Made by a program: the position numbers and the translations under genes
The notes under the pieces: generated by a model
Databases searched by the model: none
The model's input: only the letters and a program-made list of their open reading frames with translations
What the model was told of the DNA's origin: nothing
Origin: Callorhinchus milii
Lineage: Eukaryota
NCBI RefSeq assembly: GCF_018977255.1
Contig: NW_024704743.1
Location: 27,034,001 to 27,098,000, forward strand
Direction: 5' to 3'
Length of the DNA: 64,000 bases
Shown here: piece by piece, positions 1 through 11,930 of the stretch
Position numbering within the stretch: position 1 is the stretch's first letter
Layout of the letters: every line of letters begins with the position of its first letter

Positions 1-1184
1 TATCAAGCTCCTATTGGGATTTGGAACTCATATAGATTATGCTGACACTATATTATTTCAACTGTGAGGATTGTTATTACAATTCAATGAAATCCCTCTT
101 AAAATTCAACATTTTAGTTCATGATTTAAATTCACTATAAAAGTTAATTGTCATTTAAGACTAAATTCTTTATCTTTCATTGCTTACCATAAGCAGTTAA
201 TCAAATCGCTACATAAAAAGTACTTCATCCTGACATGAAAGGCGCCATACAAATGTAATTTGTTGTTCATGGTTGCAGATCCAGGTGGATAATCTCAATG
301 TATAAATTCAGTATAAGGTTTGTTTTTCTTGCAACAATAAAGACTCATCAGAAATATTTCAGCTTCCACTTCTTGTTCATCACCTTTTTATCAGATTGAT
401 AAATAACCAGTTTACCTTCCAATTAGTGGGTGGATTGGTGGAAACAAAACTCCCATGTAATTTTCACTGTCAAATTTCAGAATTAATGCCTGGCAGTACT
501 TAATCCAAGTAACACCTTGAAACTGAGCCTTGTAGTTGTTTAGAGCACAAAAGCCCTGGAGAACTAATAATGGGGTAGCAAGAAGCAAACCCACAGTCTT
601 TCCATTGCTTATTGTGTACTCCTACTATCATGGTTCACCAAGTAATGGTTCACACTCCAATTGAACTCTAACATATCAAGAACAGAATAAGAAGCAATGA
701 GATAATCTGGCAGAGAGCTCCTCGCACAGGACAAGCAATGTGGGCTCTTATCACTCACAATGAGATTAATGCAGAGTGCTCAGGTGCAGCTAAATTTGAA
801 TCATTCCTGTTCTACGAGAATCTTGCTCTTTAATCTAACATTCCAGCTCTGTTCTAAGAATCTCTTTAGTTTATAATATTTTAATTCCCATATTTTAATT
901 CTATTTATCTTTAATTATTTATTTGCTCCATCTGTAAAAAGAAAGACTTTTTTATTTAAGTAGCAAAAGCCTGTGTGGGATAGTAATATTTTCATGTTTT
1001 GTTTGGTCAGCCAGGTGTCTGACATGTGGAAACTCATCACCTACATGTATGTAAAGTGTGTAAACAAGACTGAGAGTTTCACACTAGAAAAATGTGGTCA
1101 CTTAATCTATGCCATTTGTAGGACATTGATGTGCGATTTGGAAAGTTGCGACACTATTCATATCACTACCAGCATTGTTGCCAA

Positions 1185-2735
1185 ACGACTGTGCAAACTT
1201 AAGGTAAATAAATCTCAGGGGTTGGGTAAATTACATCTGAGGATCCTTAAGGAAATAAGGGAGAAAGTCGCAGAAATCTGGCACAAATCTTTCAAAAATC
1301 ACTTTCAAAAATTTCTTAAGAAAGGTAACAAAAGTGACCCAGGAAACTACAGACCAGTAAGTTTGACGTCCATTGTGGGTAACGTTTTGGAGGCTCTGAT
1401 TAAGGATAAAATCACAGAGCACCTGGACAGAAATAAAATAATAAATGATAGCCAATATAGGTTCATGAAGGAGAGGTCTTGCCAATCTAATTTACTGGTT
1501 TTCTTTGACGGTGTGACAAGGGAGCTTGATAAAGGTAAGGTTGTGGATGTTGTATATTTGGATTTCAGGAAGGCCTTCGATACAGTTCCTCCTGAAAGGT
1601 TGGTAATGATAGTAAAGAAAGCGGGAATCAGTGGAGATATATTACAATGCATACGTAACTATTTGACCAGAAGAACCCAAAGAGTGGTGGTATATGAAAT
1701 GTTACCAGACTGGGAAAATATTACCATTGGAGTTCCACAAGTGTCTGTTTTATGACATCTTTTATTTAATACTTTTATAAATGATCTGGAACTAGGAGTC
1801 GCAAACACAATGGCCAAGTTTGCAGTTGACACCAAGCTAATGAAGGTGGTAGATTGCAAAGCTGAACAAGATAGGTTACAGAAGGAATTGAACACACTAG
1901 GGAATTGAGCAGATTGGTGGCAGATGAAATTCAAAGTGAAGAAATGTAAAGTACTTCGCAATGGGCCAAAAAAATTCCAGGAAGGGACTATTTTTGAACG
2001 GAAGGAAAATAATGTACAATAACAACAACAACTTGCACATATATAGTGCCCTCCACGCAGGGTAGTGTCGCAGAGTACTTAACAGTGGCAGAGCCTGACT
2101 CCGAACCTGGGGAAGGGGGGAGATGGCCATCAGCACAGTCGAAGAGGAAGATCTTCAGATGGGACTTGGAAAAGGGGAGAGAGCGGATAAGGCAGAGGGA
2201 TTGAGGGAGAGTATTCCAGAGTTTTGGGGCTTAGTGGCTGAAAGTGCGACACTCGATGATGGGGCAAAGGTTACGGGAGAGGAATAAGAGGCCGGTGTCA
2301 GTCAAGCAAAGGCGCTGGGTGGTGGATTGGGGAGTGAGAGGGTCGGAGAGGTAGGGAGGTGCCAGTGTGTGAAGGGATTTGACACAAGTGTGAGGATCTT
2401 GAAGTTGATTTGTTCGGTGATGGGGAACTCGTGGAGCCTGGCCAGAACTGGTGAGATGTCGATATGGAGTTTAGTCCGGGTAAGTATTATGCAGGCGGCA
2501 GAGTTCTGAATGAGCTGGATCTTTTGAATAGCGGAGGGGAGATCGGTGAGAAGTGTGTTTGAGTAATCCAGGCAGGAAGTGACAAATGCATGCATGAGGG
2601 TTTCGGCTGCAGATGGGGTAATGTACAGGTGGGACATGTGGTGGAGGTGGAAGAAGGGGTGGAGCCTTGCCAGAACTGGTGGGATGTGGTGGAAATATGT
2701 ATGGAAAATGAAAAGGACCTAGGGGTCTTGATGGA
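1185..2735 (+). mobile_element. CR1-clade LINE ORF2 (RT) fragment, decayed, interrupted by an L2 insertion
   Basis: ORF 973..1755 has CR1 motifs KKGNKSDPGNYRPVSLTS, SCQSNLLVFFD, VDVVYLDFRKAFDTVP and GVPQ. A stop follows, then FAVDTKL (decayed FADD) at about 1820. EKDLGV resumes at about 2710 after the nested L2. Confidence 0.9.
2020..2693 (-). mobile_element. L2-clade LINE 3' fragment (older subfamily) nested in CR1
   Basis: ORF 2302..2637 has AETLMHAFVTSCLDYSN and QLIQNSAA. A (CAA)n tail lies at 2020-2032 on the + strand. Confidence 0.9.
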
Positions 2736-2774
2736 CCTTGGTCTTTTTTCGACTAGCATTTCTTATGTTCTCAT

Positions 2775-2908
2775 TAATTGCTGCCACGTTTCTCCCACAA
2801 AATATGCAGTCAATTCCTTTACAGTATATTCTGTGAAGCACATTGAGACGTCTCACAGACATAATAAGGCACTATATCAAATGCAAGGATTATGATAATT
2901 ATTATTAT
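2775..2908 (+). mobile_element. SINE 3' half (tRNA/L2-tail family)
   Basis: Matches the 3' half of the full SINE at 11102-11434 and ends tatcaaatgcaaggattat with (TTA)-like repeats. Confidence 0.75.
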
Positions 2909-2934
2909 ACGTATGCCAGCTACATATGGCAATT

Positions 2935-3540
2935 ATGGTCTCTGGACTGAAATGTGCAGTCAATTTCTCCTGCGAGCTTCCTGGTGGGCAACACAGCTCA
3001 GCATGAAATGCATGAGAGCCTTGCCATCATCATCTTGTCCGCAGCTCAGACATATGTCCCTTTCCATTGAGCAATGATCCCACCAGTTGGAGGTGTGGAT
3101 CCTGAGGAGCAGCTGCTTACCTATCTGCCAACCGGATTCCAAGCTTGGATTTATGAATGTGTGTTCACAAACTCATAGTTCAGGTTACACTTTCCAGCAG
3201 CTGTCGTCCCAAGCCTTAGAGTTTCTAATCAGCTATCTGCCAGACATCTGCCTTCAGAGTGTTAGTAGGACCTTTATAGGACAGCTTGCAACGTGCCAGC
3301 CACCTTGATGTTCTCGGGGTCTAATTCCAAGGTCATGTACCAGGCTTATTGAGTACTAGCTGCTTAATCCAGGGCCCCATGTGAAGAGCCTAAGTAAATG
3401 GACGTGCATGCTTTGAAGCTGAATCCGTCTCCAGGGTGCTTAGCAATAGGTCAGTGTAAGCCAGAGCTCTCCCTATCTTTAGCACTTCCCGTTTGCGAGA
3501 AATCTACCTCACTGCTTTTGTTCACCTTCTGAGGCTAGGT
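2935..3540 (-). mobile_element. Old non-LTR retrotransposon 3' coding fragment with CCHC knuckle (clade unassigned)
   Basis: ORF 2960..3142 reads ICLSCGQDDDGKALMHFMLSCVAHQEARRR (CX2C..HX4C). It is visibly homologous to 11500-11900. Confidence 0.6.
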
Positions 3541-3756
3541 GATAAAATATTTATTATTCAGGATGATACTGTTAACTCCTGAAAGACACACACTTACATC
3601 GCAATAGACAAGTGATACAAAAGCCACAGTTGTAATTCTTCAGAGACAGGATTGTGTTAAAGTATACTGCAGGCAGAGCTTTCAACAAGAATCGTTTCAA
3701 TAAAAAAAATTTGAAATTCAAGAAACCTGAAAAAAAACTCAATAAGCCATGCTGCA

Positions 3757-4660
3757 CTGTCTCCCTCCACTCCCTCCTCGAGCCCCTGCAGTCTGGTTTT
3801 CGCCCTGCCCACAGTCCAGAGACAGCACTTGTCAAAGTCACAAAGGATGTCTTCTCTATCTTTGACCAGGGCTCCCACTGCCTTCTCTTCCTCCTGGAAT
3901 TCTCTGCCGCATTCGACACAGTCGACCATGCCATCCTCCTCTACCACCTCCCCTCCCTCATCTGCTTTAGTGGGACCACACTCGCATGATTCGAGTCCTA
4001 CTTAATCAATTGTTTTCTTCTCCCGCCCGGTCACCTGGGCGGTGCCTCAGAGCTCTATCTTTGGCCCCCTTCTTTGCCTTATCCATATGCTCCCTCCAGG
4101 TGATGTCATCCGCAAACACGGGGTAAACTTCCACATGTATGCGGATGACACACAAATCTATTTTACCTCCTCCAGTACCAACTCCAGGTCTGCTGATGTT
4201 CTATCAGCTTATCTGGCAGACATCAAAGACTGGATGAGTGCAAACTTCCTGCAGCTCCATGTGGACAAGATTGAAGCCATACTCCTTGGCTCAGTCAACC
4301 TCTTCACTCTTGCGTGTATGAACTCCTCAACTTCCCTGGCCTCTCCCTCACACTCACCAAACCAGTGTACAATCTACGTGTCTGGTTCGACCCCCAACTG
4401 ACCTTTCCTCCCCCTGACCAGGTTCGCCTTCTTTCACCTCCGGCACATTGTCTGCCTCCGTTTGTACCTTACCCCAAATGCAGCCCAAACCCTTGTGCAT
4501 GCATTTGTTACTTCCCGCCTTGGTTAAACACACTCCGCGCCGGTCTCCACAGCTCCACTATTCAAAAGATCCAGCTCATTCAGAACTCTGCCACCCACAG
4601 ATTTACCCGGACCAAACTCCGTAACCCCATCTCACCAGTTCTGGCCAGGCTCCACTGGCT
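3757..4660 (+). mobile_element. L2-clade LINE RT fragment
   Basis: Motifs [45 protein letters not shown] and QLIQNSA, with frameshifts. Confidence 0.92.
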
Positions 4661-5611
4661 GATATGTTTTGCAACAAAGTAGGACCTTAAGCAGCTGTGC
4701 TGAAATACACTGATGACAGTCTCCCTTTTCCTTGAAATACTGATGTAGAATTCCATTCAGCCTTTGTGTTTTGCATCCAGAGAAATGCCTTTCATAGAAT
4801 ATTGATTTTCTCTCAAAGGTTGAAAACTAGTGATGGGGGAGGAGAAACCCAGTTCAAATCGTTCAAGGCATCTGTAGTCTATTTGTGTTCAAAATTTAAT
4901 AGAGGCCTTGGCTTTTAGACGGTTTATAAGAAAGGCAAGGCTACCACTTTCTGTTTATTGCTGTTCCAGGAATGAAACACCTCATCATGATGCAGGAGAG
5001 TGAAACTAGAAGTACTGCAGCAGACAAGATTATTTCTGTTATCGTTGCAATAAATCTTTAAGGTCACCCAGAGAAGTGACATCGGCAAGCATTGAAATAC
5101 TGAAACATCAATACATAAAATTCATGTCTGCATTTCCATGATCAAAGTTAAAAGTCACTGAGCCAAGTGTTAGTAAATAAGGCCATACTAGTTTTCTATT
5201 TCGCAGAAAGAACCCTCGCTCTATCTATGCACATATGCCTGTCACAAAGATAAGAGCTGTAAGATCTCATTACTATGTATTATTGTGTCAAAGGGCCTAG
5301 TGCAAGACCATTGCAGAATCTAATTTGGCATTAAATCTGAGACTGCTCCGATAAAGAAAACATTAGATAAAGGGGGAAAAAACATTTAAATCCCTTGTCC
5401 TTTCACTGTGATTAGAGCATCAGTAAGGCACCTGCAGCTAATATATTTGCAGTGCACATGCTTAATGCCTTCCCACTGCAAGTGAAGCTAAGGCTCCAAT
5501 GCTACACAGTCTACAGGCTTTTCTATGTCTGCTCCTGATCCAGTATGTTTTGAATGATATAGACTCGAGATTGACAGAATAGCTGGCTTTGATACTAGTC
5601 ACCGGATATAA

Positions 5612-6413
5612 CAACAACAACAACAACAACAAGATTCCATTTATAGAGCGCCTTTCACGTCAGGAGGACGTCCCAAGGCGCTGCACAGTTGGGTCATGAC
5701 CCGAGCAGGGGGGAAATGGTCAGGGTGAGGGGAGAGAGGAGGGGGGAAATGGTCAGGGTGAGGGGAGGGAAGGGAGGGAGCGAGGAGGAGGAAGAGAGTC
5801 GAGAGGGGAGCTGAAGGCACGGTCAAAGAGAAAGGTTTTGAGACCGGCCTTGAAGGAGGAAAGGGAGGAAGCAAGGCGAAGGCACTGGGGGATGGAGTTC
5901 CAGAGCCTGGGGGCTGAGAGGCTGAAGGCCCGACCACCGATAGTAGGGCGGTTGGGGCGGGGGACGTGGAGCAGACCGGAGCCAGAGGAACGGAGGGTAC
6001 GGGCAGGTAGGTAGGGGGATAGTAGGTTGGAGAGGTAGGAGGGAGCAAGGCCGTGAATGGCCTTGTAGGTGAGGATGAGGATCTTGAAATCAATCCTCTG
6101 GGGGATGGGAGCCAGTGGAGGCGAGCGAGGGTGGGAGTGATGTGGTCCCGAAGCCTGGTGCGGGACAGTACACGAGCTGCAGAGTTCTGAATGACCTGCA
6201 GCTTGTGGAGGGAGGTGGCGGGAAGGCCGGCGAGGAGAGAGTTCCCATAGTCCAGCCTTGAGGTGACAAAGGCGTGAACCAGGGTTTCAGCAGCGTGAGG
6301 GGTGAGGTAGTGCCGTAATCTGGCGATATTCCGGAGGTGATGGAAGGCGGTGCCAGTTGTGGTGCGGATGTGAGGGAGAAAGGACAGCTCAGGGTCGAAC
6401 AAAACGCCGAGGT
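5612..6413 (-). mobile_element. Young 5'-truncated L2 LINE with 6-bp TSD (ATATAA)
   Basis: ORF2 C-terminus LGVLFDPELSF...[13 protein letters not shown]...LHWLP, with one frameshift at about 6105. CpGs are retained and a (TTG)n tail is present. ATATAA occurs at 5606-5611 and 6414-6419. Confidence 0.95.
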
Positions 6414-6422
6414 ATATAAATA

Positions 6423-6480
6423 CCTGGGACGTCCTCCTGACGTGAAAGGTGGTATACAAATGTAATTTTGTTGCTGTTGT
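6423..6480 (+). mobile_element. L2 3' terminal fragment
   Basis: Sequence gggacgtcctcctgacgtgaaagg...aatgtaattttgttgctgttg. Confidence 0.8.
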
Positions 6481-7114
6481 AAAACACAGCACTGGACAAC
6501 AGTGACTTAAACCTTAAATACTGCTGTTTGTTATTTGTTAGGTATAGGAGCACACCAAATGTACCAAAGTATCTATACAAAATCTTCCAATGTATGCTCA
6601 AATCTTAAAGTCTGAAGGAAATTGCAGAAAAATTAAATATCTTAATCTTTCAAAAATTCTAAATGTTATTCAGGGATTCTTTAATATTCGGATTGTTAAC
6701 ACCTTTTTTAAAGCAAACCATTTTTACTCATTGGTCTGTATACATTGACAATTTTCAAAAGTACTGATTCTGTTCTCGCAACATATCTAAAAATGCTGCT
6801 ATAAACGGGGCAGGAAGCTTATTTATCTCATGTAGCACTTAGACTGGAAATCGCTTTCAGTGAAACATTCATACTTAAATATATTGCTATATTTTCTTAG
6901 CAGTTTTATTACTTTGACTGAAGAAGTTTATTGCTCTCTCCAGAAAAAGTAAACTACTTTTCCATTATTTAATATTTCTAGCTTGCTAGCTATAATGTTA
7001 CATTACTTTTATTTCCCATTTATCATCATTTATATCTCTCTAATACATCAGTGTAGGTTGGTATGTTTGTACTTCTCAAGAATTCGGCAAAGTTATTCAA
7101 GCCATTTACAGGGT

Positions 7115-7310
7115 TATAATAATAATTCTTGCATTTGATATAGTGCCTGATCACGTCTTCGAGACATCTGAAAGTGTTTCACAGAATATACTGTAAAATG
7201 GATTGACTATGTTTTTTGGGTGAAACGTGGCAGTCAATTGCGAACAGCAATGTCCCACAAACAGTTGTGGATTAATTGACCAAACATATATATATTTTGA
7301 AGGGATTGCT
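7115..7310 (-). mobile_element. SINE 3' portion
   Basis: Reverse complement of the SINE 3' half, with an (ATA)n tail at about 7115. Confidence 0.75.
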
Positions 7311-7439
7311 ATCCCCAGAAAGAGATCTGCCAATCGAATAACAACTGGGTTCCTACTTACTGCTATGTATACATATTTTATGTGGATTAAAGAAATTTGC
7401 CTAACGTTTCACCCTGCTTGCAAGGCAAGTACTCCAACC

Positions 7440-8035
7440 ACTAAGCTATGGCACTCCATTGTGGCTCAGGATTATTAACAAGAGCCCTGGATAAGCAATT
7501 TAAATCCGGGTTGGAGCTAGAAAGACAGCAAGGGCTCAAGTTTCCATTGGACCAGGGACAGGAGTCAAGATCTGAGCAGGGCATCCGAGTCCATGTACAT
7601 TTGCTGATGCAGAGTCCTATTGAACGCATTGCAATATCAAGGTCAAAGTCTCTAAAACATGGAGAAATATTTACCTCTCAAGTCTGGCACCCTCTAGTTC
7701 ACATATTCACACGTACCATTTTCCATTCACTGTGAATATGTGTGGGTATTGCAGGAGTCTCATTAAATATGCACCTGGGAGAACTATTCTCCGGGGTGGG
7801 GGAGATTAGCAACATCTCTTTGGAGCTGAACTGGCTCTAACGTGATGTGCTTGACAAAGAATGTCAAAATTGAGCTGAGCGCGTTCCTCCAGGGAGAGAA
7901 TTTGCATTCCATTCCAGACGTGCACTTTCCATGCGCAGGTGATATTCACGTATGGAACTCTCATTCTGGTTTGGAGACTCTGAAGCATGTGTGATCATTT
8001 TCATCATGTGTCAGACACCCGGCTGATCAAAGAAA
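7440..8035 (+). mobile_element. Old non-LTR family 3' portion (related to 10895-11930 and 44030-44365)
   Basis: 7450-7800 is the reverse complement of 44030-44360. 7955-8035 matches the reverse complement of 10900-10975 and ends tgtcagacacccggctgatcaaagaaaa. Confidence 0.65.
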
Positions 8036-8409
8036 ATTGTTCCTCATCTCATCTAATGTTGCCCCAAGAACTATTCCAGCTTACTGGTACACATTCTCTT
8101 AAAATAAATACAATTGAATAAATTGGAGATTTAATTTTTTTTGTCTGGTTGCATTTTGTGTTGTCTGCACATAAATATTTTTTTGGTCCTTAGGGAATTC
8201 CAATGGGTGTTGAAGCAACATTAATGTAGCATGATCCTCATTAGATGAAGTCATGTTCTGATCTCTTAGTTTGGGGGGATGGGTGGGGGCAGGCCTCTGG
8301 ACTCATTTAAGAAGCAGATGGGAGGATGGTAGGGTGGGCGTTCTGGAGTGATGAGATAAGATAGGCTAAAGGGCCTTTTTCATGCAAACCAATCTTATCA
8401 TATTTTATC

Positions 8410-8560
8410 CTGCCTAAAGACCTTCCTCTTTGATCGTGCTTACGTTCACCTCCCCCCTCCCTCTCCCCCTCGGAGTCAGATTCTGCCATTGTCAAGCACT
8501 CTGGAAGACTACCCCGTGTGAAGGGTGCTATATAAATGCAAGTTATTGTGGTTATTGTTA
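8410..8560 (+). mobile_element. L2 (older subfamily) 3' end
   Basis: Sequence aagaccttcctctttgatcgtgc...gtgtgaagggtgctatataaatgcaagttattgt. Confidence 0.75.
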
Positions 8561-8749
8561 TTTGCCTCTTTTATGTGTTCTATTTTCCATCTTTCTCCCA
8601 TGTGATTACCATCTTGCTATACATGGTGAGAATGTGAATCGTTATTGGGTTCCACTCAAGTGATTTCTCTCTGCATGATATGAGGAATGGCTACATAAAC
8701 TAATGCTCTTCAAGTATGAAAACAGATGATTCAGGTGGCATTTTATTTA

Positions 8750-9034
8750 TAATAATAACAATAATCCTTCCATTTGATATAACGACTTATCACATCATTG
8801 AGGTGTCTCAAAGGGCTTCACAAGAATTTACTATGAATTCTGGTGACTGTGGTGTTTTTGTAGGCAAATGCAGAAGTCAATTTGCACTTGGCAATGTCCC
8901 ACAAACAGCCATGAAGTGAATGACCAATTTTGTTGGCCAGAAAACTGGGCGAAATTCCCTACCATTTAAACAACAACAACAAGATTACATTTGTATAGCG
9001 CCATTCACGTAGGGAGGATGTCCCAAGGCGCTGA
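8750..9034 (-). mobile_element. DeuSINE-type 3' fragment plus ultra-short L2 tail (8969-9034)
   Basis: Similar to 19255-19686. A (CAA)n tail and the L2 terminal stem-loop lie at 8969-9034. Confidence 0.7.
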
Positions 9035-9829
9035 AGTAGTAAATGGAACAAAAAAGGGAATGCAAGAATAATATTTTTGTCTATGTCAAGGCAGCAGGAC
9101 AAGAGTTATAACTTCAAGACTGTGAAGGGCAGGTTTAGAACAGACAATCCGAATAGGATATTTTATAAATTTGGGGGAATTTCAAGATATTTTGTTGTTT
9201 TGTAAATCATTGCCTCATAATTGTTAATACCTTAGAAATGAAATGTTAATGCTACGAACCACATTTTTTCTAATTGTGTCTAGTATCAATATCAAGTGCT
9301 TTGAGGTTAACTGTAATAAACTTGCATTTATATAGCAATGTTCACACATAGCAACACCTCGGAACGCTTAAGTACAGGATAGGTGAAATGCTTTGATAAC
9401 AAAGTATTACTCCCGACATTAGAATACCTCTATATTGTAGCACTATGTTCCTATTACACTTCCTTGTTTTTCTAAGAGAAGTTTCCAAATTGCTGATTTA
9501 TGTGCTTAGACATTATGTTTACTGTATAATTAGGTTTGGATTGTCAAGCCAATTTTCCTTTAAACCCCTGAATAGCTGTCAAAGCATAAACACTTTCATC
9601 CCATGTATTTGGAAAAGAGTCAAACCGAATGAAAAGGATATTACATGCGGTTAAATTAAGTAATGTGACTCAACCATATTGCAGCTTGTCTCTTGCACTT
9701 ATTTTTAATTTTGTGTAGACTTGATAAGGTTTGATAATCTGTGATTGGTAAGCAGTTAGCTTTTGTATCATAATACAAGATAGAGTATTCTGTTAATATA
9801 CTTCAGTATTTAATTTTTATAATCCGCAA

Positions 9830-10090
9830 GTCAGGGATTTGAACTCATAATCTAGGGTGAAACTCTGGAATAGTACTGGGGAAGATCTGCATTATAAGAG
9901 GTGCCATCCTTATGATGAGATGGTGATTCTGTCTGTTTAAGCGGCCATTAAATATTCTACAGCACAATTTGAAAAGGTAAGGGAGTTCTCCTGGTGTGCC
10001 AGTCAACAATCCCCCAGATAAAACTGACCCATGGTTGTTTGTGGGACAATGTTTTGTGCAAATTGGCTGCTGCATTCACCCACAAAATAC
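9830..10090 (+). mobile_element. DeuSINE-type SINE (central Deu-like domain)
   Basis: gaggtgccatcctt..gatgaga...gggagttctcctggtgtgccagtcaac resembles the recalled AmnSINE1/SacSINE1 Deu core. Confidence 0.7.
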
Positions 10091-10894
10091 ATACAACATT
10101 CTGTGGTAAATCATAGTAAAATGTTTTATTAGATAATGTATCATATACAGTGTCTCACAACTAGTTGAAATTAATCCATGTGTTGCTATCATCATTGTCT
10201 TTGTATGAACATAAACATTTGGAGTAGTGGACTGAAATTCAAATCAAGAGTTATGAGCTATACTGAAACTCAGATTTCCTTTATTATAATTGCCAGTATT
10301 AATGATTGCCAGAACCGATTGGGCCATCCTGGAGAGGAACTGAATTGAATTTGTGAAGGCAATACCTTCTATGTTTTTAATAAATAATATAAGTACTTCA
10401 TAAATAATATAAACACTGCAAACATCACAGACTCTTGCAACCTTACTAATAATTGAGATAAACTGAGGAAAAATTGAACTAATCAGAGGTTTGATGGATC
10501 AAACTGACTGTACTACATAAGGACTTGGTTCTCCATGTGGAAGTTCTATTTAATAGTGAGGCTCCTCCATCCCCCGCCACACACATGCATACTTCCTGGG
10601 TATATCTAAGGTCATATATCATTGCAAAGTTTTAGTCTATAAAATATTTATAATGTACACTTTCAAAATGTTTAGACAGTTTTCCTATTGGTTTATTTTT
10701 TGTCTTTAATGGCAGTGTAACTCTGGACAATTAGAGCTGTGGATAAGCTGAAAGGCCACTTACCGTTTGACATTTTATACATTCATTGAGCAAAGCTCAT
10801 AGTGTCAGGAACCATAATTGTCCCATCTGAGATTTATTAAATCTAAAAGCTCTATATTATTTTCTGTTCCTGATATCTTCACTGGTGTACTGAG

Positions 10895-11930
10895 ATTTAT
10901 TTTTGGTCAGCCGAGTGTCTGACACATGTGGAAACCCATCACTATGCTTTAGAGTATCCAAACCAAGCTGAGCATGCCATGCATCCAACCTACACATGGA
11001 AACCCCAGTAATAGATTGCTGGAATGGAATGCGCACTCTATCGCTGTCTGGCAAGCTTTTGCGCTGCTTGTCTACCTAGAACCACCCTACCACACCCCCA
11101 AGGAGTCCTGTAGCTCAGTGGTTAGAGCATTCGCTTTGCAAGTGAGAGACCTGAGTTCAATTCCAGGCAGAGGGCGAAACCTTGGGCAAGTTTCCTTACT
11201 CCACACGCCTAATAATAATCCCTCCAAAAAAACAAAAACAATAATTAAATTGGTCATTTTCAATCTACGACTGTTTGTGGGACATTGCTGTGCGCAATTG
11301 GCTGCCGCGTTCGCCCACAAATATACAGTCAATTCACTTTACAGTGTGTTCTGTGAAGCGCTTTGGGACGTCCTCCCGACGTGAAAAGCGCTATATCAAA
11401 TGCAAGGATTATTATTATTATTATTATTATTATTAAGGAGGATAGTCACTAGTTGGTTGTTCGATATCCGACACCCGCGGGTTTGAGCCCTCACTAGGTG
11501 GATAGTTGGTACCAGGAACTCCCTGTGAGCTTCCTAGTGGGCAACACATCTCTTTGATACAATGAGAGCATTGCTACTATTTTCCTGTTCGCAGCTCGGG
11601 CACACGTCTCTTCCCATTGAGGATGGCTCCACCAGTTGGAGGTGTGGAACTTAATCTTTCTGCTTATCTTTCTGCAAGGCTGATTCCAGGCGCTAGATAT
11701 ACAAATGTGTGTTCATGAACTTAGAGTCCAGGAAAAACGTCACAGCAGCTGTTGTACCAAATCTCAGTTTCTTCATCAGCTATCAGGCGGAAATCTGCTT
11801 CAGCATGGAAGGAGGGCCTTTACAGGACAGCTTGTGCCATGGCACCCACCTTGATGCTTCCAAGTCCAATACCACATTGCTAAGCTTACTCAGCAGCCGC
11901 TTCTTAACGCAGGTGCTTTTAGTCTAGGAA
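10895..11930 (-). mobile_element. Old CCHC-bearing non-LTR element 3' end, interrupted by a SINE
   Basis: The minus strand encodes a decayed RDVCPSCEQEN...RCVAH. The 3' terminus is tgtcagacactcggctgaccaaaaataaa. Confidence 0.6.
11102..11434 (+). mobile_element. Full-length tRNA(Ala, TGC)-derived SINE with L2-type 3' tail
   Basis: A-box tagctcagtggttagagc, anticodon arm tcgctttgcaagtga and B-box gagttcaattcc. The 3' stem-loop is shared with L2, followed by a (TTA)n tail. AAGGAG is repeated at 11100-11105 and 11435-11440. Confidence 0.95.

Noticed and set aside
4710..4750. CTGATGA...GAAA as another hammerhead (similar hits near 14875, 17762 and 51610)
   Set aside because: No stem II or stem I pairing supports the fold.
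6410..6425. Hairpin AGGTAT-ATAA-ATACCT at the junction of two opposed L2 pieces, suggesting a fold-back inversion
   Set aside because: The ATATAA TSD explains the junction, and the two tails belong to different subfamilies, so these are independent insertions.
11102..11175. Apparent tRNA-Ala(TGC) gene (also about 45000-45073)
   Set aside because: It is the SINE head. It continues into the SINE body and tail, lacks a proper acceptor stem and is multicopy.
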